DNA of 64,000 nucleotides from NCBI RefSeq assembly GCF_055900595.2, contig NZ_CM148325.1; one strand, 5' to 3'. Shown piece by piece: positions 63,181 to 64,000 of this stretch (position 1 is its first letter; each line of letters starts with the position of its first letter). The notes under the pieces were generated by a model. It saw only the letters and a program-made list of their open reading frames with translations, ran no database searches and was not told where the DNA came from. The position numbers and the translations under genes were made by a program.

Positions 63181-63732
63181 GTTTGATAACTATCGCAGTA
63201 TGTTCAATATTGCTGACATAATCAGTGCAGGATCTTGCCGCTAGTTTACAACCCGCCTTCGATAGCGGCGCAAAACGAGTTCTGTTGCCGATATCCTCGG
63301 CTATGGATATTCCAACAGTTCCGGCAGGTTTACCAAGTTTCAGGTAAGTTTTTACTCAGAACCGGTTGATGCGGTTTATAAGGCGCTGGATGTGAATTAA
63401 CACATTCCTCAGCTTATTTACAAAAGGATTATTCCCATTTGATATAATATCAGTGCCAATTTACTTTTTTCAATGGAATATATCTCGGCTAAATAACAAT
63501 AAAACTTATCGCTAATGGATTAAATAAACAATTTTCTAATTTATTTCACCACCTTTGATATAGAAATTGATGGTGTTGTCGCTGCCATTGCTTATGGTGA
63601 TGATAAAATCCACGTTTCTGGATCGGTGCGTAGAAAATCATCACTACCTTGATATTTTGATGCGATATGATCATACCGTTCCGTAGTACCAATTTCAACT
63701 TCAGGCTAAACCCCAACATTAATAAAATTAGA

Positions 63733-63776
63733 GTTATTCACTGATTATATTATCAATAATATAATCAGTGAATAAC
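63733..63776. repeat. Perfect 20-bp inverted repeat with 4-bp spacer in AT-rich intergenic DNA
   Basis: GTTATTCACTGATTATATTA-TCAA-TAATATAATCAGTGAATAAC read directly from the sequence. Confidence 0.8.
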
Positions 63777-64000
63777 ATGGAGTATATAATAAATTGCTCT
63801 AATCATTTCCCTTACGAATATATGGGCCAAAAGCCCAAGAATCATAATAAGGGTGATGGACTAATTTTTCATTAAATCGAACACTATAAGTTAATTTTTT
63901 TATATTTTTACGTACAGCATTAATACTGGGCAAAGAGGAAAGATAATCTATAAACTTATCGATAGTGATTTTCCCTTCGCAACACTCAAACCCATCAATG

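Noticed and set aside
1-64000. CRISPR arrays, tRNA or rRNA genes
   Set aside because: No regularly spaced direct repeats with unique spacers and no tRNA-like cloverleaf or rRNA-like sequence noticed on either strand; the repeats present are REP elements, the fimS inverted repeats and the nan duplications.

Overview
This window reads as an Escherichia coli chromosomal segment, in reverse orientation to the K-12 map, identified from the translated ORFs and my recollection of K-12 proteins (no database search was possible). Positions 1-28.6 kb are conserved core genes: the 3' part of a large Ig-like-repeat adhesin, kptA, yjiH-yjiG-iadA, hypT, iraD, yjiC, uxuR-uxuB-uxuA, gntP, the complete type 1 fimbrial cluster fimB-fimE-fimS-fimAICDFGH, and the sialic acid operon nanC-nanM-nanS. 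Positions ~28.8-61.5 kb are a ~32 kb accessory island of very large, co-directional helicase/methylase genes that I interpret as three anti-phage systems side by side: (i) a four-gene operon SNF2 helicase / N6-adenine methyltransferase / 2113-aa DEAH helicase with Zn-ribbon (DUF1998-like) C-terminus / UvrD-like SF1 helicase, resembling DISARM class 1 but with a fused DrmA+DrmB-type protein and no PLD gene (the most likely candidate for something not yet described); (ii) a Druantia type III-like pair (1119-aa DruH-like plus 2107-aa DruE-like); (iii) a Zorya type II-like trio (MotA-like ZorA, OmpA-domain ZorB, HNH nuclease ZorE). The island is bracketed by a degraded second copy of nanM/nanS sequence and is followed by two divergently oriented HNH-nuclease genes. 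No rRNA, tRNA or CRISPR array was seen. All family assignments rest on motifs read by eye and need HMM/BLAST confirmation.
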